This document shows, one piece after another, positions 20,400 through 32,081 of a stretch of 64,000 nucleotides of DNA. Numbering within the stretch: position 1 is the first letter of the stretch; each line of letters begins with the position of its first letter. A program made the position numbers and the translations under genes. The stretch comes from Psammoneis japonica (lineage: Eukaryota), in the NCBI GenBank assembly GCA_008632985.1, contig QPGO01000021.1, positions 620,001-684,000 of the forward strand, read 5' to 3'. The notes beneath the pieces were generated by a model. It saw nothing but the letters and a program-made list of their open reading frames with translations, was not told the DNA's origin and did no database searches.

Positions 20400-23330
20400 T
20401 CTTTCTTGTGAAACATCAATCACATCTCTTTACAACAGTTCAAGACGAGAACTGACAGAAGTCTCTTTTGGACATCAACTTGTTGGGGGTTCGAATTGCA
20501 AACAAAAGATCTCATCAAACAATTGTCGGAGTTCTCATTGGAATCATCAACAACTGCCAATGTTTGTTGAGGTTCCAACAGCTCTTCTTGTTTTGCAGAC
20601 ATTCTGATCCATTTCTTTGAAACACTCATCAGAGATCTTTTTGATTTTCATTCTGACATCATCTCAAAAAAAGTTGTTCCTTCGAAACTGCTTGAAGATT
20701 CTCCGCAACATCTGCGACACATTCGTCTTGTCACGGCTTTTGGAGAATTCAAGGCTTCAGCTGTTTTTTCTTTGCTTCCTTTGCTCTCATGATGGTTCTT
20801 GGGTGGTTGGTTGTTCTCTGCATTCAGAATTGTGCAGCCCAATTGGCCTCTGCAGGTCAACACTTTGCCGTTTGATGTGGCTGCCTTTTTCGAGGCACTT
20901 CCTCAGCACCGCGAAGAGGCTCATGCAACACTGCGTTCGCAAAACCCAGCTGATGGAGTGCCAACCTCTTGAGTGTCAGAACACATTGACTCTGGTGAGT
21001 GAGACAGTGATGCCCTTGCCTTGCTCTCTTGCTTGTCGTCCACTGCATGTCCAGGTAGAGTGGGTGCAAGCATTGCATCGGAGCAGATGCACTCCAGGAC
21101 CAGGTGGGACCTCGAGCTGCTGAACTGTGACATCAATGGTTTTTTGAATCGCATTGCATGTTGCGCACGTGCATTTCTGCGTGATTTTGGCAACATTTTG
21201 TGTCATTTTACAGCACAATTGTTGGGTGATCTATTCAGCAACTTTCAACATTTTTTCCTTCTGCGCCATTCTTGAATGTCTTGAGAATGGCATTGGGCAG
21301 GTGGATTGTCCAAAACTTTGAGCACTGCAGGAACAGGGACACATGCACCACAAACTTGGTCACATTTGTTTTGTGTCAAAGATGACCAAATGTGTGCATT
21401 GACCAGAGTGCAAACCACAGAGCTCACACACAGAATTCCATGGGGCAAATGTCAAAAAAAGTCCCACCAGGCTAGAGGGCTGGAACGCATCAGCACTTGT
21501 TGAGATTTGTGGGGGCTTCTTGTGGCGCAAGATCTCATGCCCTGTCACATTGGCTGGGCTGACTTTTGCCCGGGATGGTTTGTTCCAGCCAGGACTTGGT
21601 CAAGTTCTGTGTTCCACCAAACCCCTTCTCTCCCATCTGAAGATTTGGGTGGTCCTGTCATGTCTGCTGTTGCCATGACAATTGCAAGTGCTGGCGACCC
21701 TGTCCACCTTGCTGTTGGCCAGTGGAAATTCGTTGTTGACTCCTGGGCCATCAGCCAAGTTGCCTCATTGCCGGCATCCTGAGGAGCAACCTCCTCCCCC
21801 CAAGATGAAGTCAAGGATGACACACCTTCTGACCCGAATGCTCCCCCGACAGGTTCCAGCCCCAGGTGGAACTCCGTGTGACATTGAGCCCACATGGAAT
21901 TCTGCGTGCGAGCTCCACAGCAAATTCATCAAGTGATGAAAACACAAATGATTGCCAACAGAAAAAGAGGCAATTTTATGAATGCATCTCCTCCATCACA
22001 CTTGCAGCACATCAACAACAGTTTGCCCAGGCACATTCTGCAGACACCAAAAAATGTGCCCAGTGCATTTTCATTCTCGTGAATGCCGAAACTAGAAAGC
22101 CTTTGGCTTCGCAAAATGGGGAGCATGAAACAATTTTGTGGAATGTCACATGTGGCCATCTGCATGCATGACATGTGATGCAATCCAAAAAACTCTTGAT
22201 GTCATGGTGAAGCAGCATGAGGTGTCCCACCCAGAGCTGGAGCGTGCCCCCCTGAAGTGGGTGTGGCTGTTCCTCAAGAAGAGGACCCTGATGCACAGTT
22301 GTGTGGTGGACTCTCTGACTCGATCAACCTCTGTGGTTCCCACCCAGAATTGTTTGCTTCTTCACCACCTGCCATGGACTTGACTCTTGGATGTCTTCAA
22401 GCGAACTGCAACCACTTGTTGTGCACCACACCAACGAAATGGGCAGGGTCCTTTGAGAGGAAATGTGAAAAAATGCATGCCTCCTTCTTCACATCATGGC
22501 ATTGGTTTGCCATGCTGCTGGTGTCAACCCACTGGAGGGCTGTGGGGGAGCAGTTCAAGCACATCTTGTCACCAGGAATGCGGCTGTTCAATGCCGCGCC
22601 AAGTTTCACACAGAGCTGGCCACTGAGGATTGCGCTCTTGCATGACAAACTCTGGATGCCCCAGTGGATGCCACCACCACACACTTCATCTAGTGACCAT
22701 GCATGCACTCCATTCCAAGCTCTCAGCAATGTTCAGACGTGTTTTGTTTTCCGCAATGTGACAAATTCGAGTCATTGCCAGAGCTCGCCAGCCTGTGTCA
22801 TCTGTCAATGATGCTCTGAAAATTGAAAGCAGGAAAGCAACTCCTGAATCATTGGCACATTTGCCTGCCAATGAGGCTGTGCACTAAAAAAAACATGAAA
22901 ATGTGGGCCAAAATTCTCCTTCTCCTTGTGGCCACCAGGGAATGGGCTTTCTCTGCAGACAAAGAAAGGCGTTCTTGACTTGTTTCATGTGCGATCATGA
23001 TCAAGTCTTTTGTGCATGCACAGTCCAAGATCCAAGAGGGCTTCTGCAGGGTGTTCCCCGACTGCTGCCACTGGGACTCTGGCTGCTGTGCCAATGTCCC
23101 GCGCACCAGCCGCAAAGATCCATCATGGCATCCACAGCCACAAAAAAGCACGGCCCTCGTCAGAGTGAGTCACCATGATTTCGCCCCAAGCCAGCGAGGA
23201 ATTGGCAGCGACAAGGCAGCACATTTTCTCATTCACGCTGACAAAAGGAGGTTGTTGATTTGCCCTTCTCATGTGTTTGCTTCGCCATGGCTAGATGTTT
23301 TAATTGTTCATTTTTTGTGCAGCACTTCAA
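20400..23330. other. CpG/TpA-depleted tract 3, containing a decayed head-to-head paralogue pair
   Basis: Dinucleotide composition; inverted homology between ~21060-21445 and ~21890-22250. Confidence 0.8.
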
Positions 23331-23858
23331 GTGCGTTGCCACGAGCTCGAATTTAATGTTTTTAGCACCCCGGATCGTTGCAAACGTTGCGTTGCATCGC
23401 CCATTTTCCCCCGTCCAAATAACACGAGTTTTTGTCAGCCGTCTTGGTGACATTGGTGGACGTCGGTGACACTTCAACCACGAGCTCTTTCACGTAGAAG
23501 AGTACGGGAAATCTACGAACTGTAAGCGATGGACTTGGTATTTCGAACGGTATGGTATCTCCATCATCGTTGCTGTTTTAGACGTCTCGGACAAGGACTT
23601 GCTTGCTCCAATCTTGATTCTCTACAGTGTATGCTCTTTCGTCGGCACAATTCCATACACAGTCATCTCTTCTCAAATTGATTCCGATAATGTAATGATT
23701 GGATTCATTTTGTAGGTGCTTGCAAAGCTCGTTGGTCGTCAAAATGGGCACCACACACACTAGTGTTGATCCAATGAGGAAGACACGGTGAAAAACGAAC
23801 ATTTCTATCGTTATTAACTCTAAACTTAACCTCAAAGAACTCCATAGTATGATAGCAT

Positions 23859-24740
23859 TTACTCTGTTGGTTTTCCTTCGTTCCAAGGTTCTGTAGGTAT
23901 TTCGGATAGCTTGTGCAAAAGGCGAATGGCTGGGAACTCGCGTTGCATGCTAGCAACTTCAAAGGTAGAACTCAAACCCAACCAATCAAGCGGCCGTTGC
24001 AGATTCATGTCGGTAAAGCGCCTTAAATCGGCAAGATCATAGTTGGGAAGCAATATCAAAGATCCTGTGTCCGCCTGGTTATTAGTGTGAAGTTCTGCCA
24101 CTTCACTCCAGCATGTCGAAAAGAGCGTATCAAAGTTATCTACCGATCCTCCTTTAACTTCTCGTAAGACATGATATCGGTTTACGCACAGCATTCTCCG
24201 ACCTTCTTCCAAGAAATTTAGATCATCTGCATCATCTTTTGTGAGTTCATTCACGGGAATATCTAAAAGAGACTGCTGCATGGCATCGAGAAAAGTGGCT
24301 AACTGCGCAACGTCCTCTTCGGCTGTTGGCTTGGCATCTAATCGCTTCCACGGCGATGATTCAGTGTCAAAAGAAAATTCTGTCTCGACTTTTTCTAAAA
24401 ATGACATGGCTGGAACGCTGTCATGTTGGGCAATTGCGGTGAAGAGCGGAGACCACTCGGCGTTGCTCGAGAAGAACTCTCCCATGGCTCCCTCGACATC
24501 AATCATATCCTTGATCGGCGCTCGAATGTATGTTTTTGAACGGCTATTCTGAAATCCTTTTCCAGCGTTGGCATCGAAACCCTTTTTGCTGCCTCCGCTC
24601 CTCCGTTTTGCAAAGCGCCGAGAAACGTCCTGTCTGCTGAATTGCGTATTTCGAGAAAGATGCGTCAAAGTGAATCCTGTCGTGGTTCCAGACAAAGAGA
24701 GCAACACAACAAGGATTACACTAGCTCGCAGCCTCATCAT
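23859..24740 (-). CDS. Hypothetical protein, probably plastid-targeted
   Basis: Signal peptide ending TTG-F, Ser/Arg-rich transit-like stretch, intact ~293-aa ORF. Confidence 0.8.
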   Translation of the reverse strand: MMRLRASVILVVLLSLSGTTTGFTLTHLSRNTQFSRQDVSRRFAKRRSGGSKKGFDANAGKGFQNSRSKTYIRAPIKDMIDVEGAMGEFFSSNAEWSPLFTAIAQHDSVPAMSFLEKVETEFSFDTESSPWKRLDAKPTAEEDVAQLATFLDAMQQSLLDIPVNELTKDDADDLNFLEEGRRMLCVNRYHVLREVKGGSVDNFDTLFSTCWSEVAELHTNNQADTGSLILLPNYDLADLRRFTDMNLQRPLDWLGLSSTFEVASMQREFPAIRLLHKLSEIPTEPWNEGKPTE

Positions 24741-25245
24741 ATTCAAACGGTATCCTCAGTCACTTGTATATAATACTTGTACTGTATGGTTGCTTAGTTG
24801 CAGGGATAGTTTTGCGGCGCTGGTTTCCCGCAAAATTGAAAAAATCGCGATCGCGCGCGATTTCAGATTGGAGGGAAGTGGGAGCAGGACAGATGGACGC
24901 ACGAATCGATAAATACTGTACCAATGACCGACATGACATATCCGTGCGTAACGCAACTCCTCTGGTTTCATGCGATGACGATTCTCGTATCGGTAGTCTC
25001 TAGAGCCAGATCAGGTGGAAAAGCAGGGATAATAGCATGCTGAAGGGCTTTAACTTCATACTGTTCCCAGATCGCTACACGAATAGCGCATTACAAGATT
25101 TGTTCTAGCGTGTTTTTTCCTTGACTTAGTTCGTAAAACTTCTTGTAGCGCGATATCTCTAACTACGTCGTCAATACAGGAAATGCTTCTGATTCGCTGA
25201 AGAAAGACGTGAAACATATATAGTTGATCAGGCAGGTTCGCACAC

Positions 25246-26019
25246 TCAATTGTCTTCTCTGTATTGCGATGAATCCGATCCCAACTGAGCCGTGGCGAAG
25301 ACACCAAGACTCACAGAAAACAGCAACAGGACGCCCAGCCCCGGAGTAAAGTTTGGTTCGACAATATCCGTAATAAACTGGTCGACATCAGGGGGTAAAG
25401 GATTTCCCGATGCGTTCGCCCACGCTTCTGCCGTAATGGCAATTCCAGCAGCGACAAAAGCCACGGTACATATTGCCACACCTGCTTTGAGGAATCGATC
25501 AATAAAGATCAGAAGAGGAGCGGGCAACATGGCCATAATATCCACATCTTGATCGAGTTCAGCCATTTTCTTCAACTCCGCTTGTCGCTTTTGCGCATCC
25601 TTTCGTGCTTGTTGCCGCTTGTTTTCCATTTCTTGTTCTTCACGCGTCCGCAGTCCGTACTTGTCTCTCAATAGAGCCTTGGTGCGCTCCTCGGGAGGCA
25701 TATTTGGATCCAAACCTGAAGAAGCGGCACTTTCCATTTTGGGAATTTCATTCGATCCACCTTCAACACTTTGCAACGGACTGCTTCCACCAACGTTGTC
25801 GGCCACCTGGGCGGTATTTGATGCTGTTTCTCCTTTTGGAGGCGCCGGTGCCGGTGCCTTACTGAAGCCCTGACCAGAACTTGTTGTTTTCTTTTTCGCT
25901 GCAAGACTAGTAGCAGATGTTAAAACAAAGCTAGTCGACGAACGCGGCACCACGAAAGAGTTTGTCACAGAAAAACACGCCGCTGTCGACAGCACTACCA
26001 AACACTTGCTCAACATCAT
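25246..26019 (-). CDS. Hypothetical membrane protein with two TM segments, probably plastid-targeted
   Basis: Signal peptide ending TNS-F, transit-like stretch, two C-terminal hydrophobic helices. Confidence 0.8.
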   Translation of the reverse strand: MMLSKCLVVLSTAACFSVTNSFVVPRSSTSFVLTSATSLAAKKKTTSSGQGFSKAPAPAPPKGETASNTAQVADNVGGSSPLQSVEGGSNEIPKMESAASSGLDPNMPPEERTKALLRDKYGLRTREEQEMENKRQQARKDAQKRQAELKKMAELDQDVDIMAMLPAPLLIFIDRFLKAGVAICTVAFVAAGIAITAEAWANASGNPLPPDVDQFITDIVEPNFTPGLGVLLLFSVSLGVFATAQLGSDSSQYREDN

Positions 26020-26672
26020 TTTTTGTGATTGTTTCTCGGTAAATATCCCACTTATCTCGACAACAGAGCAATTTCGTGCGTTTGTTCTATAGAATCAACT
26101 GCTATCGCGATGCCGTTGTCGTCTTACAATATCTCTGACTTGTCACTTGACACACTGTCACACAATAGAAGGTCGAGTGATGAATGAGGTGTCATGAAGT
26201 GGTGGCGGTTTAATTTGCGGTGTTGAGTGTTGAAGATCTAGAGTGCGCGTTTCTCCGCCATCCGATCGCGCGCACCTTTTCGAAACATTGCAATATTTTT
26301 ACGGTCATGCACGACTATGTCGAACGATGTCTTTTGAAAATGGCCTATGGAATACGATTACGTGGATCTTACGTGTGAAAACCTAAAAAGTCATTATCAT
26401 AAATGAGACTTCTGGATAGATAAAAAGAGTCATTCTTCATTTTTATCGAACAAACGTGAACCTCATACAAGCTTCTGGAAGCTGCATCCAAATGCGGTCA
26501 CGAACGGGTCACAGCGACTTATTTCACGACTCCAGCTCATCTCCATTCAGCGGCAAATCGCCGCGATCTTCGTTCTGCTCACAACAACAACAGAAGTTGA
26601 GCAGAAGGAGAGCCACAATTCTTCCGTGCCTCAAGATCAATTTTAAATACTCGGATAAGCTTCCAAAACATC

Positions 26673-27563
26673 ATGACGATGGCTACGCAAGCCAACGTAA
26701 GCAACAACGACATCAGTTTTCTTGAACGAGTAGACCATCGTGCTCAAACCAACATTAGCAACAGCGGCATTGATTGTTATGAACGATTAGATCGCTGTCC
26801 AAGCAACATATCAACCAGAAGCTTCGCCCACGACATTGCCATGAACTCTTGCAAGAGGAATTCTCGGATCACTTCTCCAAGCAAGAAGAAAAAGGTACGA
26901 TTTGACGAGACAGTCACGGACCAAGGTGAATTCAAAGTGAAAGAGCACGTGATTGAAAGACAAGAGCCGATAACAAATGAAGAACAAGAAGAGCGCTGGT
27001 ACAGCCTGGCAGAGTTCGCCTTGATCAAGAAGGAAAACGCCGAAATCGCTCGTGGATTGCAGTCACAGCAACTCAGCAGTCACGCCCTTTCCTACACCAA
27101 GACTCTCATGAGGATATACGTCTCGTGTATCACTCTCGAAGATGAAATCAACCCAACCGATGTGCTTCTTCTCAACAAGTGGGCAACGCTTGCCCATTTG
27201 CACCGAGGGTTAGAACGCCATGCCGTTCCTACTGTAGCTCGCTACAGTAAACGGGAAAAAATACGAACCGTCCAGCACATACTAAAGCTACAATCGCAAC
27301 TTCAAGACAAGACCTTTCAAGAGCGAGAAGCAACGCTCTCTGACGCATACAAGATTCTCGCAGAGCCGTCAAGATGTTTTGTCTTGACTCTAGCTCAAGC
27401 AGACTTTGTTGCCGCCAAGCACGAGTACGAAAGCTTTGTAGAGAAAATGGACGAGGAAGAAGGCACAGCTCAACAACAAGAAAAAGATCACCATGATCTT
27501 GTCATGAGCTACCCTGAGATTGAAGAGACAGCACCGCGTCACGAAGAAGCCCTTTGTGCCTAA
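26673..27563 (+). CDS. Hypothetical protein with KKVRF...WYS...RGLE motifs (family common in diatoms, function unknown)
   Basis: 296-aa ORF containing KKKKVRFDE, ERWYSLAEF and HRGLERH. Confidence 0.75.
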   Translation: MTMATQANVSNNDISFLERVDHRAQTNISNSGIDCYERLDRCPSNISTRSFAHDIAMNSCKRNSRITSPSKKKKVRFDETVTDQGEFKVKEHVIERQEPITNEEQEERWYSLAEFALIKKENAEIARGLQSQQLSSHALSYTKTLMRIYVSCITLEDEINPTDVLLLNKWATLAHLHRGLERHAVPTVARYSKREKIRTVQHILKLQSQLQDKTFQEREATLSDAYKILAEPSRCFVLTLAQADFVAAKHEYESFVEKMDEEEGTAQQQEKDHHDLVMSYPEIEETAPRHEEALCA

Positions 27564-27686
27564 TCAGAGCTCCGGCCATGAACACTTTCGAAGAATTAGA
27601 AGACACAAGAAGTCACTACTTGCTAAATGTATATATAAAGGATACTTGCAAATGCCTCTATATGTTTTAATTATCATCTTGACTCC

Positions 27687-28973
27687 TTATGGCGTTATCC
27701 AATTGAAAAATAGCAACACGAGTGCCATACACACAATCACGGTGGCCATGTAGTGTTTGGATTGCTTGGTCCGTCTCTTGGCTTCCAACAGCGAGTCTTG
27801 CCCCTTTGTTACATTGTCCTTTGTCATAACGGCGTCGTCATGGATGGCCATTATTTCTTCTTGCTGTTGCGAGATCAAATTGGAAAACTGTGTAAGCAGA
27901 GACGTGATTTCTGTCATTGTCTGTTCCACCTTTTGAACTCCTTCCAAATCGGAATGAACTTGCGCCAATAACAAGGCCGATTCGTGCTCAAGTTGAGCGT
28001 CGTGTTCTTGTTGCTCTTGTGGTGTTGGAAGGACTGTAGCAGGGACTTTTGGCTTGTTGGAAAGCCCACTTGCGCCGACGGCTGCTGTAGATGGCAGTAC
28101 TACTCTCTTGTCTGCTTCTGCGGGTTTGGTAGGTTGAATGTTGCTCATGGTTTCCTGCTTTTGTCGTTCTCGTAGCTTGGAAAGCAACTGGGACTGCGGT
28201 CTTTCTACATTCAAGTCAATAGTCTCTTCGTAGGCATCAAGCACTGGGAAATGCCTAGGTGGCGGCTGCTGTGGAAGAAACTTGTGTTCAGGTGGCGTAC
28301 CCTCAAGAATGGCATCCAATTCGTTGTCTTGGTTCTTGTTTGTAGGAGCGATGTATTCACAACGATATGGCTCTTTAAGGATAGCGACTGCCAAATTATT
28401 CGATCGTTCCTTTTGTAACTTTGCCATTGGATCCGCAACGTCCTGTTGCAGGGTCTGAAACAAGCACGAAACAATTCCAGCCATGAGAGCTTTCTTATCT
28501 GGAGAAGACGAAGCAATCTCTCTCTGCAAAGCTTCAATTCGATTGGCAGTGGCGGCCACAAAGCTTAACACAGTCGACTCTAATACGGATCGATCCTCTT
28601 GTGACATTTTACCCTGTCCAAGTACGTCGACACGAGCATAAGCATTTCGATTGCGTTGAACCATGTCTGCCATCTTCTCGAGGCTCTTGTTTAGTTCTAC
28701 CGCTGTTGAATACCACTCATCCTTTGTAGAGTTATCAGCTGCCTGTTCAACAGGCGGTGGCTGTGGTAACAGGTTGATTATATGCAATTGATTCTTGTCG
28801 TTGGACGGAGGGGGTCTTTTAGCCTCAAAGAAGCTTTCATTCAAACCCAATGCCAGAGCACAACATCGCTGCCACTCGCGTTGAAGGTCATGTGACGAAT
28901 GAAAATTTCTAGAGTACATAGGGCCGTCCATGAGAGACAAAGTTTGTGTGCTAGAACGCAACGTTTCCGCCAT
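27687..28973 (-). CDS. Syntaxin-family Qa-SNARE (possibly syntaxin-18/SYP81-like)
   Basis: C-terminal SNARE heptads (VEQTMTEITSLLTQFSNLISQQQEEI...NVTKG..SL..A) followed by a tail-anchor TM. Confidence 0.85.
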   Translation of the reverse strand: MAETLRSSTQTLSLMDGPMYSRNFHSSHDLQREWQRCCALALGLNESFFEAKRPPPSNDKNQLHIINLLPQPPPVEQAADNSTKDEWYSTAVELNKSLEKMADMVQRNRNAYARVDVLGQGKMSQEDRSVLESTVLSFVAATANRIEALQREIASSSPDKKALMAGIVSCLFQTLQQDVADPMAKLQKERSNNLAVAILKEPYRCEYIAPTNKNQDNELDAILEGTPPEHKFLPQQPPPRHFPVLDAYEETIDLNVERPQSQLLSKLRERQKQETMSNIQPTKPAEADKRVVLPSTAAVGASGLSNKPKVPATVLPTPQEQQEHDAQLEHESALLLAQVHSDLEGVQKVEQTMTEITSLLTQFSNLISQQQEEIMAIHDDAVMTKDNVTKGQDSLLEAKRRTKQSKHYMATVIVCMALVLLFFNWITP

Positions 28974-29385
28974 GGTGGATGAAAGGCTTCGTTGTTGTGG
29001 CCGTCCCAGGTCTGCGGCAGCGCCATCGCCGCATCATGGCGTCTCTCCTGTTGCTTGCGAGCTGCGCGATGCGTATCGTACGACGTACAGACAGTAGAAG
29101 TTTCCGAAACTATCTACGATAGCTAACCGCGAGAAAGCGCAGACGCAACAGTTCTAGAGCTAGAGAGTAGCTAGAGAAGTACTTCTACCTTTTGATGGCA
29201 CAACGTCCTCGTCATAGTAGTAGGGACAACAACAAAACCTATTGATGTTTTTTCTTGCTCTTCGCCACTGAAAAAGCTGGACGAAAATCTGATTTGCAAA
29301 AGTCAATAGCGGAGGAATTTTAATACCGGTACGCGCAGCAACACTATAACGCTAGCTGCAATCGCGTGATGCCGGCCACGCACTT

Positions 29386-30273
29386 TTACTTTGCAAAGGA
29401 TCCCTTGGAAATGTATGAAAGTTTGGGATACTGGCTTTCTAGGTATTCATTTCCCTTGGCCTGAATCAATCCTTGGTTAGGCCCCTTCCCACTTGGCGCG
29501 CCCTCTCCGTACCCTGCATAGAGACGATCCACTACATCCATTCCTTCAATGACTTTCCCAATGGGCGAAAACCCCTGCTTGTCCAAAAACGCATTTCCAT
29601 CTTTGCGTGTATTGATAAAGATTTGGCTGGTACGAGTGTTCTTACCAGCCGTCGCAAAGACAACGGTACCGCGCGCATTGGTTACTGTGACTGGGTCGTC
29701 CGAAATATTGGCGCTTCGCCATTTAGCCTGAACTTTGGGGTCACCGGTGATTCCAAATTGAGCAATGAAACCAGGCAACACACGAAAGAATCGGCAGCCA
29801 TCCCAGAAGGATTCTTTCGTCAATTCCTGTAGTACAAGAGACATAATGTGAAATAACTTGAAGTCAGAAAATCACGTAGAGTTGTTCCTGCAATTGCGAC
29901 AACCATTAGAGAACAGTCTTGCCTCGAATCTTGCTACTCCTTTGGGCGCCCAATCGGGTTCGAGTTGTATCTTGATCGTCCCGGTGTTTCCCTCTTCTCC
30001 GTCAAGATTTGCCACTTGAAATTCAACTACAGATCCTTGTCCCTCATCAGCAACAGCCGGTTGCGCGGTCCATGGAGTAGTTGCAATGACTGATGCCGTC
30101 ATTTTTGATGACGTTTCCAATATTTCACGACGAGATGGGGTGGCGAAAAGAGCTTCTACCGACGACACCAAGTCATGTCGTGGAGTGACTGCGGGTGCAA
30201 ACGACGAGCCCTCCTTCAACGAGAGGAACCACAGCACCAGCGAAAACGCGTTGAAGCGACAGAGACAGAGCAT
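29386..30273 (-). CDS. Cyclophilin-type peptidyl-prolyl isomerase, predicted plastid/thylakoid lumen; intron 29827-29922
   Basis: [40 protein letters not shown]; presequence SS-FAP, SRR and AVA-D; splicing gives GVARFE|ELTKESF. Confidence 0.9.
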
Positions 30274-30701
30274 CTTGACATATATTTTAATGCGTGGGGT
30301 GTTGTCTAACTGCGCTTCGACGGCTTCTAACGGAGTGCACAAATCACAAGGCAATCTAACAATGGTCAGTGGTGAACGAACAAAGATTGTCATGCGTCAT
30401 GCGTCAGAAAAATGTGACACCAAAAACACAAAAAGATTCAGGTACCGTACGACGGCCAGACTATGCAACACGGCAGACATTTCGAAATGTCGCAACACAG
30501 AAAAGACATGATGAAGACATCCTGAAATGTCGGTCTTCGGTGAAAGCCAAGTCCAGCTTCCACACCTCACACCGCCAAAGCCAAACAAAACAATAAAGCC
30601 GAAAGGGCGAGGGGCGATCGAGGGACAATTCAGAACTCTGAACAACACAGAAAAATTGGGAGAGAGCAAAACGTACCTAATGAGTCACGTCTGCAGCAAA
30701 T

Positions 30702-32081
30702 ATGAGTGAAACTACCAAAAGAGAAAAACTAACTATTCGTTCTTCAACGATAGTCATACTTACGATATTTGTCATTGGAACAGCGCACCTGTCACTTTTG
30801 ATGTTGAGATTGGGATTGACTGAATACAGTGTTCGTTCTCGAACCTACAATGAAAGGGCTTATATCCAAGAAACAACAAACGTATCGTCTTATGATGAAG
30901 TGACGACGTCTCCGAGTACGATTGACTTGCAGAAACTGTATTCAGGACTTGACAACAGGAAAGCAAACTTATGGGACAACTCAACTGCGATTCCTCAATG
31001 GATGAAAGAATACCTTCAATGGCACCACGAGCAAATGATTGATCTTAATAGCGAAAACTGGCAAGACAAAAGGTTTCTTGTGATGCAGTGCCTAAAGGAA
31101 GACAAACATTGTGGTGGGACGTCGGATCGAATCCAACCAATGCCTTCAATGCTGCAGTTGGCGAATCAAACCAACCGCATTCTCTTGATCCTATGGAATC
31201 GCCCTTACAAACTTGAAAACTTCTTGTTGCCACCACAAGGTGGACTCGACTGGCGGGTTCCTGAATGGCTTGAGCCTCTGCTGCCCACTACTAGTCGACT
31301 CGTTGTTAGCAGAATGAAAGGTGTTCTGGGTATAGACCGGCCGGTGGTAATGACTCGCATTCAACAGTCCAATGGCGGGGCAGACTGGTTTGACGAACCT
31401 AGCCGTGGAACCAATGCAGTATTTGACAGCGTCTATCATGACTTGTGGAGAGTTCTTTTTACCCCAGTCCCACAACTTGCTGCTGAGATTCAAAACAGCA
31501 TGAAAAACATGAACTTGAATGCCGGTCAATACACATCGGCACACGTGCGCGCCTTGTACCTCGCAAACTCTGGGGCCTTGAGAAGGAGCAACTCGTCGCT
31601 GCTTCAAATAAATGAACTGACTACCAACGCTCTCAACTGTGCATCGCGCCTTAATCCTAGCAGTCCCATTTACTTTGCCTCGGATTCCAAGGACGCCGCG
31701 ACTTTTGCTCAGCAGTACGGAGCGAAGAAGTCCAGGAAGATTGCAACGATACAAGTAAACGAAAATCCAATTCATTTAGACGAGGACGATCAATGGCAGA
31801 AACGACACCCGTCAGAATATTATGCGACCTTTCGAGATTTGTATCTCCTCGGATTTGGTAATTGTGCAACTTATGGTGTAGGCGCCTACGGACTTTGGGG
31901 GCTACGCATAAGTGGCAACTATTCATGTGGACAGCGACACGATAGCACTATATGTCAATGGACAGATGGCGAATCCGAACAGTCCTCCCCATACCAACCC
32001 GTGAAATTTGAGCTACCAATGGGAATGAGCATAGAAGGAACGGCTGCCAAGGACGCAGTGGTTGAAAGCTCTCCGAAATGA
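30702..32081 (+). CDS. Type II membrane fucosyltransferase-like glycosyltransferase (different subfamily from 2364/8782)
   Basis: N-terminal TM; CGGTSDRI, SAHVRA, YFASD and FRDLYLL motifs; intact 459-aa ORF. Confidence 0.7.
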   Translation: MSETTKREKLTIRSSTIVILTIFVIGTAHLSLLMLRLGLTEYSVRSRTYNERAYIQETTNVSSYDEVTTSPSTIDLQKLYSGLDNRKANLWDNSTAIPQWMKEYLQWHHEQMIDLNSENWQDKRFLVMQCLKEDKHCGGTSDRIQPMPSMLQLANQTNRILLILWNRPYKLENFLLPPQGGLDWRVPEWLEPLLPTTSRLVVSRMKGVLGIDRPVVMTRIQQSNGGADWFDEPSRGTNAVFDSVYHDLWRVLFTPVPQLAAEIQNSMKNMNLNAGQYTSAHVRALYLANSGALRRSNSSLLQINELTTNALNCASRLNPSSPIYFASDSKDAATFAQQYGAKKSRKIATIQVNENPIHLDEDDQWQKRHPSEYYATFRDLYLLGFGNCATYGVGAYGLWGLRISGNYSCGQRHDSTICQWTDGESEQSSPYQPVKFELPMGMSIEGTAAKDAVVESSPK

